The notes under the pieces: model-generated
The model's input: the letters and a program-made list of their open reading frames with translations, nothing else
The model's database searches: none
What the model was told of the DNA's origin: nothing
Source of the DNA: Bdellovibrionota bacterium
GTDB lineage: Bacteria; Bdellovibrionota_C; UBA2361; OMII01
NCBI GenBank assembly: GCA_044345405.1
Contig: JBIJBE010000008.1
Coordinates: 36,519 to 100,518 of the forward strand
Length of the DNA: 64,000 nucleotides
Direction: 5' to 3'
Part shown: piece by piece, positions 18,865 to 29,536 of the stretch
Numbering within the stretch: the first letter of the stretch is position 1
Layout: each line of letters opens with the position of its first letter
Translations under genes and position numbers: made by a program

Positions 18865-21600
18865 ATGACTCAAAATCCTTTCAACGCTCGCAAAGAATTC
18901 ACGACCGGATCCGGTAAGACCGCGCACTACTTCTCCCTCCCTGAGTTAGAGAAAGCGGGGCTTGGAAAGGTCTCCCGACTTCCGGTCTCAATCCGAATCG
19001 TCCTTGAGTCGGTGCTTCGAAATTGCGATGGCGCTCGAGTTGAGGAGCGAAACGTGCGCGAGCTCGCGGCGTGGCAGCCAAACGGCGAGAGAACCTCGGA
19101 GGTTCCATTCGTGGTGGCGCGAGTTCTTCTTCAAGATTTCACCGGAGTTCCTCTGGGCGTTGACCTCGCCGCGATGCGTTCGGCGGTGAAGAGCCTTCAA
19201 AAATCTCCAGGCATGATTGAGCCGCTTGTTCCGGTCGACCTTGTCATCGATCACTCAGTGCAAGTCGATTTCAATAATCGAAACAACGCCCTTCAGCTCA
19301 ACATGGAGACCGAGTTCGAGCGTAACGAGTCGCGCTACCAGTTCTTGAAGTGGTGCAAGCAGGCCTTCAAATCGTTCAGCGTTGTTCCTCCAGGGTTCGG
19401 TATCTGTCACCAGGTAAACCTTGAGTATCTCGCACAGGGGACCCTTGAGCGAGATGGCGTCTACTTCCCAGATACACTCGTGGGAACCGATTCTCACACG
19501 ACGATGATTAACGGTCTCGGTGTTGTGGGGTGGGGCGTTGGAGGAATTGAGGCGGAAGCGGCGATGCTTGGACAGCCGGTGTACTTCCTTACCCCTGATG
19601 TCGTTGGATTCCATCTTCACGGCAAGCTCTCGCCAGGTGTTACCGCGACCGATCTCGTTCTTCACATCACGAATGTGCTTCGTAAGGCGAAGGTGGTTGG
19701 TAAGTTTGTTGAGTTCTTTGGTGAAGGCGCTGAGAGCATTCCTGTTACGGATCGCGCGACGATCGCGAACATGGCCCCTGAGTACGGCGCGACGATGGGC
19801 TTCTTCCCTGTGGATGAGCGCACCTGTGAGTACCTCCTCGCGACCGGGCGTTCCCCAGAGCGTGTTGAGACCTTCCGCAACTACTATAAGGCGCAGGGGC
19901 TCTTCGGCATTCCGAAGAAGGGGGATTGTGATTACTCACAGCTCTTGGATCTCGACCTCTCAACCGTGCAGCCAAGTGTGGCCGGACCGAAGCGTCCGCA
20001 GGACAAGATCGCGTTGTCCGATGTGAAGAAGGCGTTCGGCGATCTGCTTACGCAAGGTCTCCCTGAGGGCGGATATGGAAAGACCCCGGCGGATCTGACG
20101 AAGAAGGTCTCGGTAACCGTTCCAGCGACAGGGGTAGGAAGCGTCGATGGCGCTACTATCAACACAGATGTTGGAAATGGTGAGGTGTTTATCGCCTCGA
20201 TCACCTCATGCACCAATACTTCGAATCCAAGCGTAATGCTTGGCGCGGGACTTCTCGCGAAGAAAGCGGTTGAGAAGGGGCTTAAAGTTAAGCCGTTCGT
20301 AAAGACCTCACTTGCTCCAGGATCTCGCGCCGTGTCGGAATACCTCGCGAAGGCTGGATTGCAGACCTACCTTGATCAACTTGGGTTCCAGGTTGTCGGA
20401 TACGGGTGTACGACCTGTATCGGAAACTCAGGACCGCTCGATGGCAAGGTTGAGGAGTGCATCGTGAAGAACGATCTCGTTGGCGCCGCCGTGCTTTCTG
20501 GAAACAGAAATTTCGAGGCTCGTGTGCATCAGAACATCAAGGCGAACTTCCTGATGAGTCCACCCCTTGTTGTAGCGTTCGCGCTCGCGGGCACTGTGAA
20601 TATCGATCTCACGAAGGAGGCTCTCGGTAACGATGCATCAGGGAAGCCCGTGTTCCTGAAGGATATCTGGCCAACCACAGAGGAGATCAACGCCCTCATG
20701 CCTCAGGCGTTCAACCCTGAGATGTACCAACGCCTCTACCGTGATGTAACCGCTGAGAATCCCCTCTGGGATAAGGTTCCAACCAGCACCGGAGTTGTGT
20801 ACGAGTGGGACAAGAATTCCACCTACATTCAAGAGCCTCCATACTTCGAGGGCTTTTCGCTCACTCCGAACGGGGGAGAACAGATCTCGAAGGCTCGAGC
20901 GCTCGCAATCTTTGGGGATTCCGTAACGACCGACCATATCAGCCCCGCCGGTTCGATTAAGAAGGATTCTCCAGCTGGTAAGTACCTCATCAGCCGCGGC
21001 GTTGATGTGAAGGACTTCAACAGCTACGGCGCGCGACGTGGTACGCACGATGTGATGGTGCGTGGAACGTTCGCTAACGTTCGTATCAAGAACCTGATGG
21101 TTCCTGGTGTTGAAGGTGGCGTTACAAAGTATCAACCAAGTGGGGAGACGATGCCGATCTTCGACGCCGCGATGAAGTACGCTGAGAGCTCAACTCCTCT
21201 CGTTATATTCGCTGGTCAGGAGTACGGAACTGGAAGTTCGCGTGACTGGGCCGCCAAGGGAACACGACTTCTTGGCGTCAAAGCTGTTGTCGCCGAGAGC
21301 TTCGAGCGAATTCACCGCAGCAACTTGATCGGTATGGGAGTGCTTCCATTCCAGTTCATCAACGGACAGACCGCGAAGTCAATTGGACTTACCGGAACCG
21401 AGGAGTTCTCGATCCGAGGTCTTGAGAGCGCTGACAGCATTCGACCTGGCAAGGATGTGACACTCGTCGTTACCCGCGCCGATGGATCGAGCGTCGACGT
21501 GCCGGTTCGTCTCCGCATCGATACGAACATCGAAGTTGAGTACTATAAGCACGGTGGCATCTTGCCGTACGTGTTGCGGCAGTTGGTGTCGAGGAATTAG
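18865..21600 (+). CDS. acnA: aconitate hydratase AcnA
   Basis: [51 protein letters not shown]. Confidence 0.99.
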   Translation: MTQNPFNARKEFTTGSGKTAHYFSLPELEKAGLGKVSRLPVSIRIVLESVLRNCDGARVEERNVRELAAWQPNGERTSEVPFVVARVLLQDFTGVPLGVDLAAMRSAVKSLQKSPGMIEPLVPVDLVIDHSVQVDFNNRNNALQLNMETEFERNESRYQFLKWCKQAFKSFSVVPPGFGICHQVNLEYLAQGTLERDGVYFPDTLVGTDSHTTMINGLGVVGWGVGGIEAEAAMLGQPVYFLTPDVVGFHLHGKLSPGVTATDLVLHITNVLRKAKVVGKFVEFFGEGAESIPVTDRATIANMAPEYGATMGFFPVDERTCEYLLATGRSPERVETFRNYYKAQGLFGIPKKGDCDYSQLLDLDLSTVQPSVAGPKRPQDKIALSDVKKAFGDLLTQGLPEGGYGKTPADLTKKVSVTVPATGVGSVDGATINTDVGNGEVFIASITSCTNTSNPSVMLGAGLLAKKAVEKGLKVKPFVKTSLAPGSRAVSEYLAKAGLQTYLDQLGFQVVGYGCTTCIGNSGPLDGKVEECIVKNDLVGAAVLSGNRNFEARVHQNIKANFLMSPPLVVAFALAGTVNIDLTKEALGNDASGKPVFLKDIWPTTEEINALMPQAFNPEMYQRLYRDVTAENPLWDKVPTSTGVVYEWDKNSTYIQEPPYFEGFSLTPNGGEQISKARALAIFGDSVTTDHISPAGSIKKDSPAGKYLISRGVDVKDFNSYGARRGTHDVMVRGTFANVRIKNLMVPGVEGGVTKYQPSGETMPIFDAAMKYAESSTPLVIFAGQEYGTGSSRDWAAKGTRLLGVKAVVAESFERIHRSNLIGMGVLPFQFINGQTAKSIGLTGTEEFSIRGLESADSIRPGKDVTLVVTRADGSSVDVPVRLRIDTNIEVEYYKHGGILPYVLRQLVSRN

Positions 21601-21613
21601 AACGACCCGAGAT

Positions 21614-21707
21614 CCGGAGGGCGACCATTCCTGGTCGCCGAACTATCGAGCGTCGCAAACGGTACACGCTAATCGCAACGCGGCGACCAGGAATGGTCGC
21701 CCTCCGG
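21614..21707. repeat. REP inverted doublet (REPIN-like), copy 2
   Basis: 27-bp perfect inverted repeat CCGGAGGGCGACCATTCCTGGTCGCCG (21614-21640 / 21681-21707), 40-bp spacer unrelated to that of copy 1. Confidence 0.85.
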
Positions 21708-21865
21708 GGTTGCGGGCTCGTTTTAAGGTGCAAAAATCACTGGTAAATCCCTGAACTTTCAGGGAGCGTAGGCCACCTGCCTCGTTCGAATTCCCCTTCA
21801 AGTTCCCGCCCATTCCTGCCGACTAACTCCCTGGGATCACAGGGTGTGATCCAGCGATTGGCAGG

Positions 21866-23251
21866 ATGGAACTTATGGAGACGATCCTCGTTATCGAAGA
21901 CGATGCCTCGTTGCGTGAGGTGCTGTGCGCCGTACTGCAAACGAGTGGATTCGATGTCGTGAGCGCGGCAAGCGCTGAGGACTCACTTCCTATCTTCTCA
22001 TCGAAGCATATCGATTGCGTGCTCGCGGACTTCAAGCTTCCGCAAATGAACGGCATCGAGCTTCTGCGGCGGGTTCGTGAGTTCCTGCCCCACGTCCCGT
22101 ATGTGCTGATGACAGCGTTCGGATCGGTTGCGGTCGCGGTCGAGGCGATGAAGTGCGGCGCCACCGATTACATCGCGAAGCCGTTCGAGCCGGCGTCCCT
22201 CGCGGTGATGTTGCGAGATGTAATTAAGCACAATCGCATCCTGGATCGCGACGCGGCGGAGCGGGCTAAAAAGCAACGCGCGTTCCTTACCACCTCTCCT
22301 CAGATGGAGAAGATTCTGGCCCAGGCTCGCCATGTAGCCAAGGTCGATAGCTCTGTTCTTATTCTCGGCGAGAGTGGTACCGGCAAAGAGGTTCTGGCGC
22401 GATACCTGCATGATCACAGCCCTCGTCATGATAAGCCGTTTATCGCGGTGAACTGCGCGGCGATTCCGCCAGATCTTCTCGAGAGTGAATTTTTCGGGCA
22501 CGAATCGGGCGCCTTCACGGGCGCAACGCAATCTCGTGTTGGGGTTCTTGAACTTGCTTCAGCGGGAACCGTGTTCCTCGATGAGGTTGGGGACATGCCG
22601 CCGCTCCTCCAGGTAAAGCTCCTGCGCGCTCTGCAAGAACATGAGATCCGTAGAGTCGGAGGGAATAAGCAGATTCGAGTTAACCCACGTGTCATCGCGG
22701 CGACCAACCGCGATGTTGAGGCGGAGATGCTCTCGGGTGAGATGCGTGATGACTTCTACTATCGGCTCGCCGTGATTACGTTTAACTTACCACCACTTCG
22801 TGAGCGTAAAGAGGACATCATGCCTTTTGTGGAGCGAAGCGTGAAGCACTTCGCGGCGCTTATGGGTAAGGAGGGTGTTGCGATCGATCCCGTCGCGCAA
22901 GATATGCTCCTGACCTACGCGTGGCCCGGAAACGTTCGTGAGCTTGAGAACGTTGTCGAGCGAGCGGTGATCATGTGCGATCAAGAGATTCGACCAGAGC
23001 ACCTCGGTATCTACGTGCGTCTTGATATCGCGGCCATCGAAGAGTCGATTCGCACCCTTCCTGAGATCGCGTCGCAGGCGGTCCGGCAAGCAGAGGTTGA
23101 GGCGATTGAGCGCGCGCTGCACATTACCGGCGGCAATAAATCAAAAGCCGCTGAGATTCTCGGCGTGAGCTACAAGACCCTGCTCAATAAGGTCAAAGAG
23201 TATTCAATTGTGTGTGGGGAGCACCACGACCACAAGGATCTCGAGGCCTGA
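21866..23251 (+). CDS. sigma-54-dependent NtrC-family response regulator (REC-AAA+-Fis HTH)
   Basis: IEDD..DFKLP REC domain, GESGTGKE, GAFTGA, WPGNVRELEN, NKSKAAEILGVS. Confidence 0.95.
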   Translation: MELMETILVIEDDASLREVLCAVLQTSGFDVVSAASAEDSLPIFSSKHIDCVLADFKLPQMNGIELLRRVREFLPHVPYVLMTAFGSVAVAVEAMKCGATDYIAKPFEPASLAVMLRDVIKHNRILDRDAAERAKKQRAFLTTSPQMEKILAQARHVAKVDSSVLILGESGTGKEVLARYLHDHSPRHDKPFIAVNCAAIPPDLLESEFFGHESGAFTGATQSRVGVLELASAGTVFLDEVGDMPPLLQVKLLRALQEHEIRRVGGNKQIRVNPRVIAATNRDVEAEMLSGEMRDDFYYRLAVITFNLPPLRERKEDIMPFVERSVKHFAALMGKEGVAIDPVAQDMLLTYAWPGNVRELENVVERAVIMCDQEIRPEHLGIYVRLDIAAIEESIRTLPEIASQAVRQAEVEAIERALHITGGNKSKAAEILGVSYKTLLNKVKEYSIVCGEHHDHKDLEA

Positions 23252-23412
23252 GGGTATGCTTATCTGTGGGTGACGTCTCTTGACGATGAGGATGCTCGAC
23301 GACGCTAAAACGTAAACCGAAAACCGTCGACACGTACCGTGATAGGTCACACGGCAACGTCATCGCTTCCCCCTTCGCTAAAGCTTCGAGGGATAAGCCG
23401 GGCGACGACTCT

Positions 23413-24294
23413 CTATCGCCCATCGCTCGGGAAGTGTATGCCCTTCAAAAAGTCGCTAATCAACAATCGCAGCCGCAACCACTCAGCCTGACCCAACGAC
23501 GCCTCATCAATAATCAGATGCTCTTTGAACGGAAACTGTGAGCTTTCCGGACGAACCATCTCGATTCGCCACGAGGGGCTTAGTTTATGGCGCTCGATCC
23601 ATCGAGACATCCTCTCAGGAGAGACGATTTCATCGGCTTCATTAAGAACAACCAAGGTGGGGATCGCGGAAAAGCGGTTGAGATCGTCGCGACTCTCCAT
23701 CTCACGATAGAGTGCGAGTGTGTTGGAGTACCAGAAGAGGGGGGTGTAATCGTATCGACGGTATTCCTGAGGGGCGAGGTTGGGAAACGCCCACGTGATC
23801 GGCGGGGGGAGATGCAGAGCTGTGAGTGCGTCGAGCGCGCCTCGAAGGGAGATCGCTGGCGCTAAGAGAACCATCGCTCGTGGATAGTCCGTCGAAGGAA
23901 CCGACTCAAGCATTCGCACGAGCGTCAGCCCGCCGAGTGAATATCCCATCACATAGGTTGGCAGTGAGGGAAATCTGGTTCGAATCTCTTGATACGATTG
24001 AGCGACATCGGTAAGCCACACCTTCTCATCAAAGAGTTGAGCCGTCCTTCCGTTGTGTCCGTGAAGGGTGATTCGGTGAACGTGATAGCCGTTGGCTGCA
24101 AGGGTCTCGGCGAGGGGATCCATCGCGCTCGGGCGCAAGTTAAGACCGTGCACAACGAGGAAGACACCCTTTGGTGGATGTTCGTTGGCGAGAAACCATC
24201 GAGAGGATTCTTGCGGTGCGGGTGGGCTCGCGGGGAGAGTCGCGCTACACCCACTCATGACAAAAAATATGAATGCTACGAGCAGGATGCGCAT
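23413..24294 (-). CDS. alpha/beta hydrolase lipoprotein
   Basis: Lipobox MSGC, VVHGL, nucleophile GYSLG. Confidence 0.8.
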   Translation of the reverse strand: MRILLVAFIFFVMSGCSATLPASPPAPQESSRWFLANEHPPKGVFLVVHGLNLRPSAMDPLAETLAANGYHVHRITLHGHNGRTAQLFDEKVWLTDVAQSYQEIRTRFPSLPTYVMGYSLGGLTLVRMLESVPSTDYPRAMVLLAPAISLRGALDALTALHLPPPITWAFPNLAPQEYRRYDYTPLFWYSNTLALYREMESRDDLNRFSAIPTLVVLNEADEIVSPERMSRWIERHKLSPSWRIEMVRPESSQFPFKEHLIIDEASLGQAEWLRLRLLISDFLKGIHFPSDGR

Positions 24295-24383
24295 AACGGT
24301 GATTTGAGCACACGTTTCACTTTATTGCGAGATAGCCGTGACGGAGAGCAGGTCACTCTATTCAAGAAGAACGGTGTGAGTTG

Positions 24384-24662
24384 TTACGCAAGGTCGCGCA
24401 ATATAGAGACCGCGACCTGGTCCTGATTAGGTTTGTACGATCCGCTCTTCACCTGTTGCTTGAGCTGATCAACTTTGGCTGCTCTGGCGGATTCAGCGTC
24501 CTGAAGAGGAACTCGATTCATCGAGACGATTGCAGCATCGGTGGATACTTGTGACGCGTTTTGCGCAGGAGCGGATTGAGGCGTAACGGCCTTTGAGGGC
24601 GTAACCGCCGGAACCGCGTCGACGTTAGCGGCGAAGAGATTGCTAATCTTTGTGATTCCCAT
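24384..24662 (-). CDS. flgM: anti-sigma-28 factor FlgM
   Basis: C-terminal RAAKVDQLKQQVKSGSYKPNQDQVAVSIL; low-complexity N-terminus. Confidence 0.85.
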   Translation of the reverse strand: MGITKISNLFAANVDAVPAVTPSKAVTPQSAPAQNASQVSTDAAIVSMNRVPLQDAESARAAKVDQLKQQVKSGSYKPNQDQVAVSILRDLA

Positions 24663-24786
24663 GTTCTTCTTCCATGACACATACGACAGATGGAGCTGTG
24701 ACCAAGAGCGCTCACCGTGAGGGTCTTGATCTCGAGCTCGCCATCCATGGCTGAAGTAGACACAGAGTCCTTTCCGTACGCCCTAT

Positions 24787-24814
24787 GTGTCGACCGGTTC
24801 CCGCAAAAACTTTA
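24787..24814 (-). promoter_or_regulatory. putative sigma-28 promoter of flgM
   Basis: Minus strand TAAA-GTTTTTGCGGGAACCG-GTCGACAC versus consensus TAAA-N15-GCCGATAA. Confidence 0.5.
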
Positions 24815-24955
24815 TAGGAATTTCAAAAAATTAAAGTCAGCCAAAACAGGTGGTTATGGCCCTAGAGGCCCGGCGACTCGATCCCTCCCCATCAAAGTCA
24901 GCCATTTCAACGGCTTGTGGTATAGAAGCCCGATACCAAGTTGCGAGCGTGAGTT

Positions 24956-25423
24956 ATGAAGATAGTGGTTCTCAGTGTTGGAAGGGTTCGTCAGCGATTC
25001 GTGCTGGACGCTGAAGGGGAGTACCTCCAGCGCATCAAGGGAAGTTTTCAGGTCGAGCTGGTGGAGCTCGGCATGGAGTCTCCTGAGTCGATGAAGCCGG
25101 CGGAGGTTCAGGCGCGCGAGGCTGAGGAAGTTTTGAAGAAGACAAAGAACTACGATTATCTCGTTGTGCTCGATGAGAGAGGTAAAGAGATGAGTTCAAA
25201 GGCGCTCAGTGAATTCGTTCAGACGCGCATGAACTCAGGCGTAAAGAGTGTATGTTTCGTGATCGGTGGCGCGTACGGCTTCGCCGAAAAGGTTAGACAG
25301 GAAGCCGACCTTATCCTATCGTTATCGGCGCTCACATTTCCCCATCAACTGACGAGGATGCTTCTTGTGGAGCAGCTCTACAGGTCTCACACCTTGATCA
25401 AGGGAATCAGTTATCACAAGTAA
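24956..25423 (+). CDS. rlmH: 23S rRNA pseudouridine-1915 methyltransferase
   Basis: LDERGK, FVIGGAYG, LSLSALTFPHQL..LVEQLYR..YHK. Confidence 0.96.
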   Translation: MKIVVLSVGRVRQRFVLDAEGEYLQRIKGSFQVELVELGMESPESMKPAEVQAREAEEVLKKTKNYDYLVVLDERGKEMSSKALSEFVQTRMNSGVKSVCFVIGGAYGFAEKVRQEADLILSLSALTFPHQLTRMLLVEQLYRSHTLIKGISYHK

Positions 25424-25434
25424 ACGGTGCGTTC

Positions 25435-25920
25435 ATGGGCAAGATTAAAAAGTTCGCCGAACTCAATATTCGAAAGATTACAGGCGGGAAAGATCCCGTT
25501 CGTGTTGTAGAGGATTTCCTTTCGCGTAAGGGTTTTGATCCCGAGAAGTGTCAAAAGGAGAGAACTCCCGATCTCGCTCGATGGATGGTTCAAATTAAAG
25601 GGGAAGAGGAACTTGAGATCCTTCTTGAGGGGATTCGCAAGCCCGCTGACTCAACGCTCTACATGGGGCTCAATATTATCACCGTTCCGATTCGTGGGGC
25701 GCACGACATGCTGGCCGCCGCGCTTGAGATCGCGGATGGACTCGTCGGTATCAAGGTAAGCCTCGTTGGTCACTACCTCGTGTTGAGTTCGAGTTTGAGC
25801 GCGACCGGGTTGACCCTCGAAGAGTTGGATTACAACTACCGCCTCATTGAGGTTCAAGAGGGATGGTTCCGAGAGACCCTCGCGTCCGAGCTTCAATGGG
25901 AAGATGTTGTGGTGGAGTAG
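25435..25920 (+). CDS. hypothetical protein, YbjN/CesT-like chaperone fold suspected
   Basis: Size, acidic composition and secondary-structure pattern only. Confidence 0.5.
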   Translation: MGKIKKFAELNIRKITGGKDPVRVVEDFLSRKGFDPEKCQKERTPDLARWMVQIKGEEELEILLEGIRKPADSTLYMGLNIITVPIRGAHDMLAAALEIADGLVGIKVSLVGHYLVLSSSLSATGLTLEELDYNYRLIEVQEGWFRETLASELQWEDVVVE

Positions 25921-26147
25921 CGTTCGTCCTCGACGTACGTTACAAACCCAATTCGTCGGAAACCGCTTAGGGCACAAGCTAATTCAAACCGTAACGAACA
26001 ATCGCGAACACCGCTCAATGACATTCCACCAGCGGGCGCCCTCTGAAACGATTGCAATACGTAGTTACTGACCGAAGGAGATAGTATAATCGGGAAAGCG
26101 TCGTGCGCCTCGAGCGCCGCGACACATACATCCCCGTAGGAAGTGCC

Positions 26148-27011
26148 ATGTTACATCCCTTGAATCCCAGTGGTTCTACGCTCGTCCAGGCTCCCGCAAA
26201 CGAAGTAATTACGGTGCACCGAGCTGCTTTCGGTGAACGTTGGAACTCCTCCTTCTCAACCCTCCGAAACGATCGTCGTGATTGCGTAAAGCCAAACGAG
26301 GATCGAGCGATGCTCGACCCCTTCCGCCAAACTATCGTTGTTGCCGATGGCATCACGCGTAGCAAGCAAGCCGATGGCTCGTATCCTACCCCGAGCCCGT
26401 CAGCGCGAGCCGCTGAGGTTTTTTGTGCGAGTGTGATTGCGCAGGCCTCCGTTACTCCTGAACTCACACGTGAACAGTTCAAGACTATTATTGAAAACGC
26501 GAACGCCGCTATCGCTGAGCTAAATCGGGAACTCTTTCCCGAGTATGATTTCGCCGAACGAGATAGAGCTGGAGTCGCCGCTGTTGTAGGCGTCATTGAC
26601 GGTGAGAGTATGTGGCTCGCCTCGATCGCTGATTGTTGGTGTGTTGGCGCCAAGGGAGACGAGACAACTCGGTTAGCGTGGGAAAAGACATCGCATTCGC
26701 GAGCTACGTACGTGCGGCTCGGAGAGGTAAACGCTCGAGAGCAGCTTCGGAATAAACCTGGGAACCCACTTTCCTATGGCGCGTTTACGGGCGAGCCCGA
26801 AGCGCTCCATTTCGTTGAGTACGCCAAGATCGATCTTCGTGACTATGACCGACTTGTGTTCGCTACCGACGGTCTCCTCGCAATCCCGAAGGAAGATCCG
26901 CTCTCTGTCGCCACGATGCCGGCGATTCAGTTGATGCGATACGGCCTTCTTATGGATAAGACCCATCAAGAGACCGATGACAAGACGATCGTCGTCCTAG
27001 AGCGAAAGTAG
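26148..27011 (+). CDS. PP2C/PPM-family phosphatase domain protein
   Basis: KPNEDR, VVADG, LASIADC, FATDGL, DDKTIVVL; start could be 26103. Confidence 0.8.
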   Translation: MLHPLNPSGSTLVQAPANEVITVHRAAFGERWNSSFSTLRNDRRDCVKPNEDRAMLDPFRQTIVVADGITRSKQADGSYPTPSPSARAAEVFCASVIAQASVTPELTREQFKTIIENANAAIAELNRELFPEYDFAERDRAGVAAVVGVIDGESMWLASIADCWCVGAKGDETTRLAWEKTSHSRATYVRLGEVNAREQLRNKPGNPLSYGAFTGEPEALHFVEYAKIDLRDYDRLVFATDGLLAIPKEDPLSVATMPAIQLMRYGLLMDKTHQETDDKTIVVLERK

Positions 27012-27032
27012 TTTCAGCCTCGACTTTTGTGG

Positions 27033-27464
27033 CTACTTACCCTGTTCCGCTTGCGCCTCAAGCACATCGCTAAAATTTGAGATCGATTGGCCCTTAACCG
27101 CCGCGATCGAGACGAAGAGTTTCTTCGCGTTCTCAACGTCTCGAATGAGGTAGCGGTATACGGGTCCGTACTCTGGATCGTTTACCTCTCGGATATCGCT
27201 TGAGGAGATCGTGACCTCCTTGGTGAGCGCGTCTGGAGAGATGCCATATCGAATAATAAATCCATCAACCGGCTCGCTCGGGGTTTCCCACGTCACCTCA
27301 ATCCCTTGCTTCGGAGCTTCGGGGGCGTGCTGCGCCTCTACGAGTGCCTTCTCCTCAAGGACCTTGGCGGATTCTGACGTAGGAGATGATGACTGAAAGA
27401 GCGAGCACCCGGAAGCGAACAGAAGGGAGATCGACAGGGCGAGAGAGGGGAGCTTCTTTGTCAT
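27033..27464 (-). CDS. lipoprotein with fibronectin type III-like domain
   Basis: Lipobox ASGC; VTWETP..VDGFIIRYG..FVSIAAV..SNFS. Confidence 0.7.
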   Translation of the reverse strand: MTKKLPSLALSISLLFASGCSLFQSSSPTSESAKVLEEKALVEAQHAPEAPKQGIEVTWETPSEPVDGFIIRYGISPDALTKEVTISSSDIREVNDPEYGPVYRYLIRDVENAKKLFVSIAAVKGQSISNFSDVLEAQAEQGK

Positions 27465-27552
27465 GTTCTGTCCGTGAACGTACCGCATAAGGAGATCAAA
27501 TCCTGGAGAGCTTCCCAGAAGATCGGTCGGAACGCCAGCCGCTAGAAAGATG

Positions 27553-27945
27553 CTAGGAGCAGCCGATGAGGCCGCCTTTGGTGCTATCCCAGGTACAGCT
27601 CTTTGACGCCTTGGAGTGACGAGCGGTTGCGACAAAGCCACTTGGGCTGACCTGCATCGTGAGAGATACCCCTTTTGAGAGGTTTGTGACCCCGGGGAGG
27701 TTCTTTATCTCGCACTTCACGCCACTCGCCACGTTAGCACACTGTTCGATAGCCTTGTAGCTTTGATGGTCGGCGAAGAATGACTCCTGTGCCGCGGCTA
27801 TATTTTTCAGGTCGCTAATGGCGGTCTGATTGTAGGCGCGCTCGCGGTAGTTTGAGTACTGGGGCACAGCAATCGCGGCCAGGATGCCGAGGATCGCTAG
27901 GACCACTGAGAACTCGATAAATGTGAAGCCGTCGGAGTGTTTCAT
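27553..27945 (-). CDS. type IV pilin (prepilin)
   Basis: MKHSDG|FTFIE..LAILGILAAIAVPQY; four Cys in the globular domain. Confidence 0.92.
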   Translation of the reverse strand: MKHSDGFTFIEFSVVLAILGILAAIAVPQYSNYRERAYNQTAISDLKNIAAAQESFFADHQSYKAIEQCANVASGVKCEIKNLPGVTNLSKGVSLTMQVSPSGFVATARHSKASKSCTWDSTKGGLIGCS

Positions 27946-28079
27946 GTTCTGTCTAGTATGTGATGCTCGCGGCTCTCGGAACGAGTGCGGCAATTGGGTG
28001 TTTTAAAGTAAAAAAACGTCCATCATGAGGAGCGTGCGCAGCCACCTCGTGCGCCCCTCTTCCTACGCCTCTCCTGGTA

Positions 28080-28095
28080 TGCAAGTGAGGTGCCA
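28080..28095 (-). promoter_or_regulatory. sigma-54 (-24/-12) promoter upstream of pilin
   Basis: TGGCAC-CTCAC-TTGCA, exact consensus and spacing. Confidence 0.8.
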
Positions 28096-28196
28096 AGGGG
28101 TTAGCCGCCAACTGGGAATAGCGAAGTCGTGAATACAGGGGGTTAAGAGGTCGCGGGTAGACCACCCACGAGTAAAAAGTTCCGCCGCTATCGCCG

Positions 28197-29249
28197 CTAG
28201 GTAAAGAGCTCACCCATGGAGAGAATCGGGAGATACATGGCGACCACGAGCGTGCCTACCACAATTCCGATAATAACGACGAGGGCTGGTTCCGCCATGC
28301 GCATCGTGGTGTCGAGTGACTGGGAGACCTCCCCTTCGAGGTGATCGGCGATATTTTCTAACATAGTGACGACCGAGCCGGTTCGTTCCCCTAATGCGAG
28401 CATCTCTATACTGGTTGATGAAAAGAGTTTTGAAGCGTTGAGAGAGTGAGAGATACTGGTTCCCTCAGCGATATCTGAACGAGCCTTCGCGAATTTTTGC
28501 TGAATGACACGGTTACCAGCCGCTTGAGCGCTAGCCTCAAGCGCCGACAGGACCGGTAGACCTGCGTCGAGGGTAGTACTCAAGGTTCGACACGCTCTGG
28601 CGAGCGCTGATTTGTTACTGATATCGCCGATAAATGGAACGAGAAGTAGGTAGCGGTCGACAACATCTCTACCCCTCGTAGAATAGAAAAAGCGAGACAT
28701 CATGAAACAGAATAACGAAAAAGCGATCAACAAAAACGGTGCCCATCTAACGCTGGTCTCCGATACTCCGATCACGATACGGGTGAGCCATGGAAGAGGG
28801 GTCTCTAGGTCTGAGAAGAGTTCCTTGAAAGATGGAATTATGAAGATGACCAAGAGGCTGCTTACCAGCGCGGCTGTGGAGATAACGCACAACGGATAGA
28901 TAGTCGCCGCGGTAATCTTGCGACGAAGCTCCTGCCCGCGCTCGAGGTGATCCTTTGCTCGCTTGAGAGCGTCGGGGAGTCTGCCGCTCATCTCTCCAGC
29001 TTGAATCAACGTAACGTAGAGCGCGCTGAATGAAGTGGGAGAACGCGTCATCCCCTCAGAGAGCGAACCTCCGTCCTCGATAGTTTGAACGATCCTATCG
29101 TTCGCGGCGCGAAGCTCCCTACTACCCTCCATATTTCGCAACACCTTGATGAGGTCCTGCGTCGAGAGGCCCGCGTTCATCATGCGAGCTAGGAATCCTA
29201 GGAGCCGCGAGAGTTCGTGAGATCTGATTTTTTTCTGAGGGACTTTCAT
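28197..29249 (-). CDS. type IV pilus/T2SS inner-membrane platform protein PilC/GspF family (short N-terminus)
   Basis: AGEMSGRL, IYP, LPWLT, GERTG, EPALVV..AMYLPI; two T2SSF domains. Confidence 0.9.
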   Translation of the reverse strand: MKVPQKKIRSHELSRLLGFLARMMNAGLSTQDLIKVLRNMEGSRELRAANDRIVQTIEDGGSLSEGMTRSPTSFSALYVTLIQAGEMSGRLPDALKRAKDHLERGQELRRKITAATIYPLCVISTAALVSSLLVIFIIPSFKELFSDLETPLPWLTRIVIGVSETSVRWAPFLLIAFSLFCFMMSRFFYSTRGRDVVDRYLLLVPFIGDISNKSALARACRTLSTTLDAGLPVLSALEASAQAAGNRVIQQKFAKARSDIAEGTSISHSLNASKLFSSTSIEMLALGERTGSVVTMLENIADHLEGEVSQSLDTTMRMAEPALVVIIGIVVGTLVVAMYLPILSMGELFT

Positions 29250-29536
29250 CGCTAGCAACGGGTTGTTAGTCCTTCAGCTATTCGTTGTGTTGAACCAAAA
29301 GTTTCGGGGCTGAACATATCCTGTGGATTTCGTTCGCCTCCCCAGTTGGGAGGGGTCTTCATCAGCATGGAGGGCGCAGATGCCGTACGAAAATCTCTTG
29401 GCGAAGGCTTATCGTACCGCTAACGTCTTGATTATTCGCGGGAAGGACGCCGGCGCTTTTACTTCGAGAAAAGCTGAACGTCCCCCGGTCCAATTTGATA
29501 AACTGAGACTCGCAAGCGCGGTAAAGAGAGAGCTCT

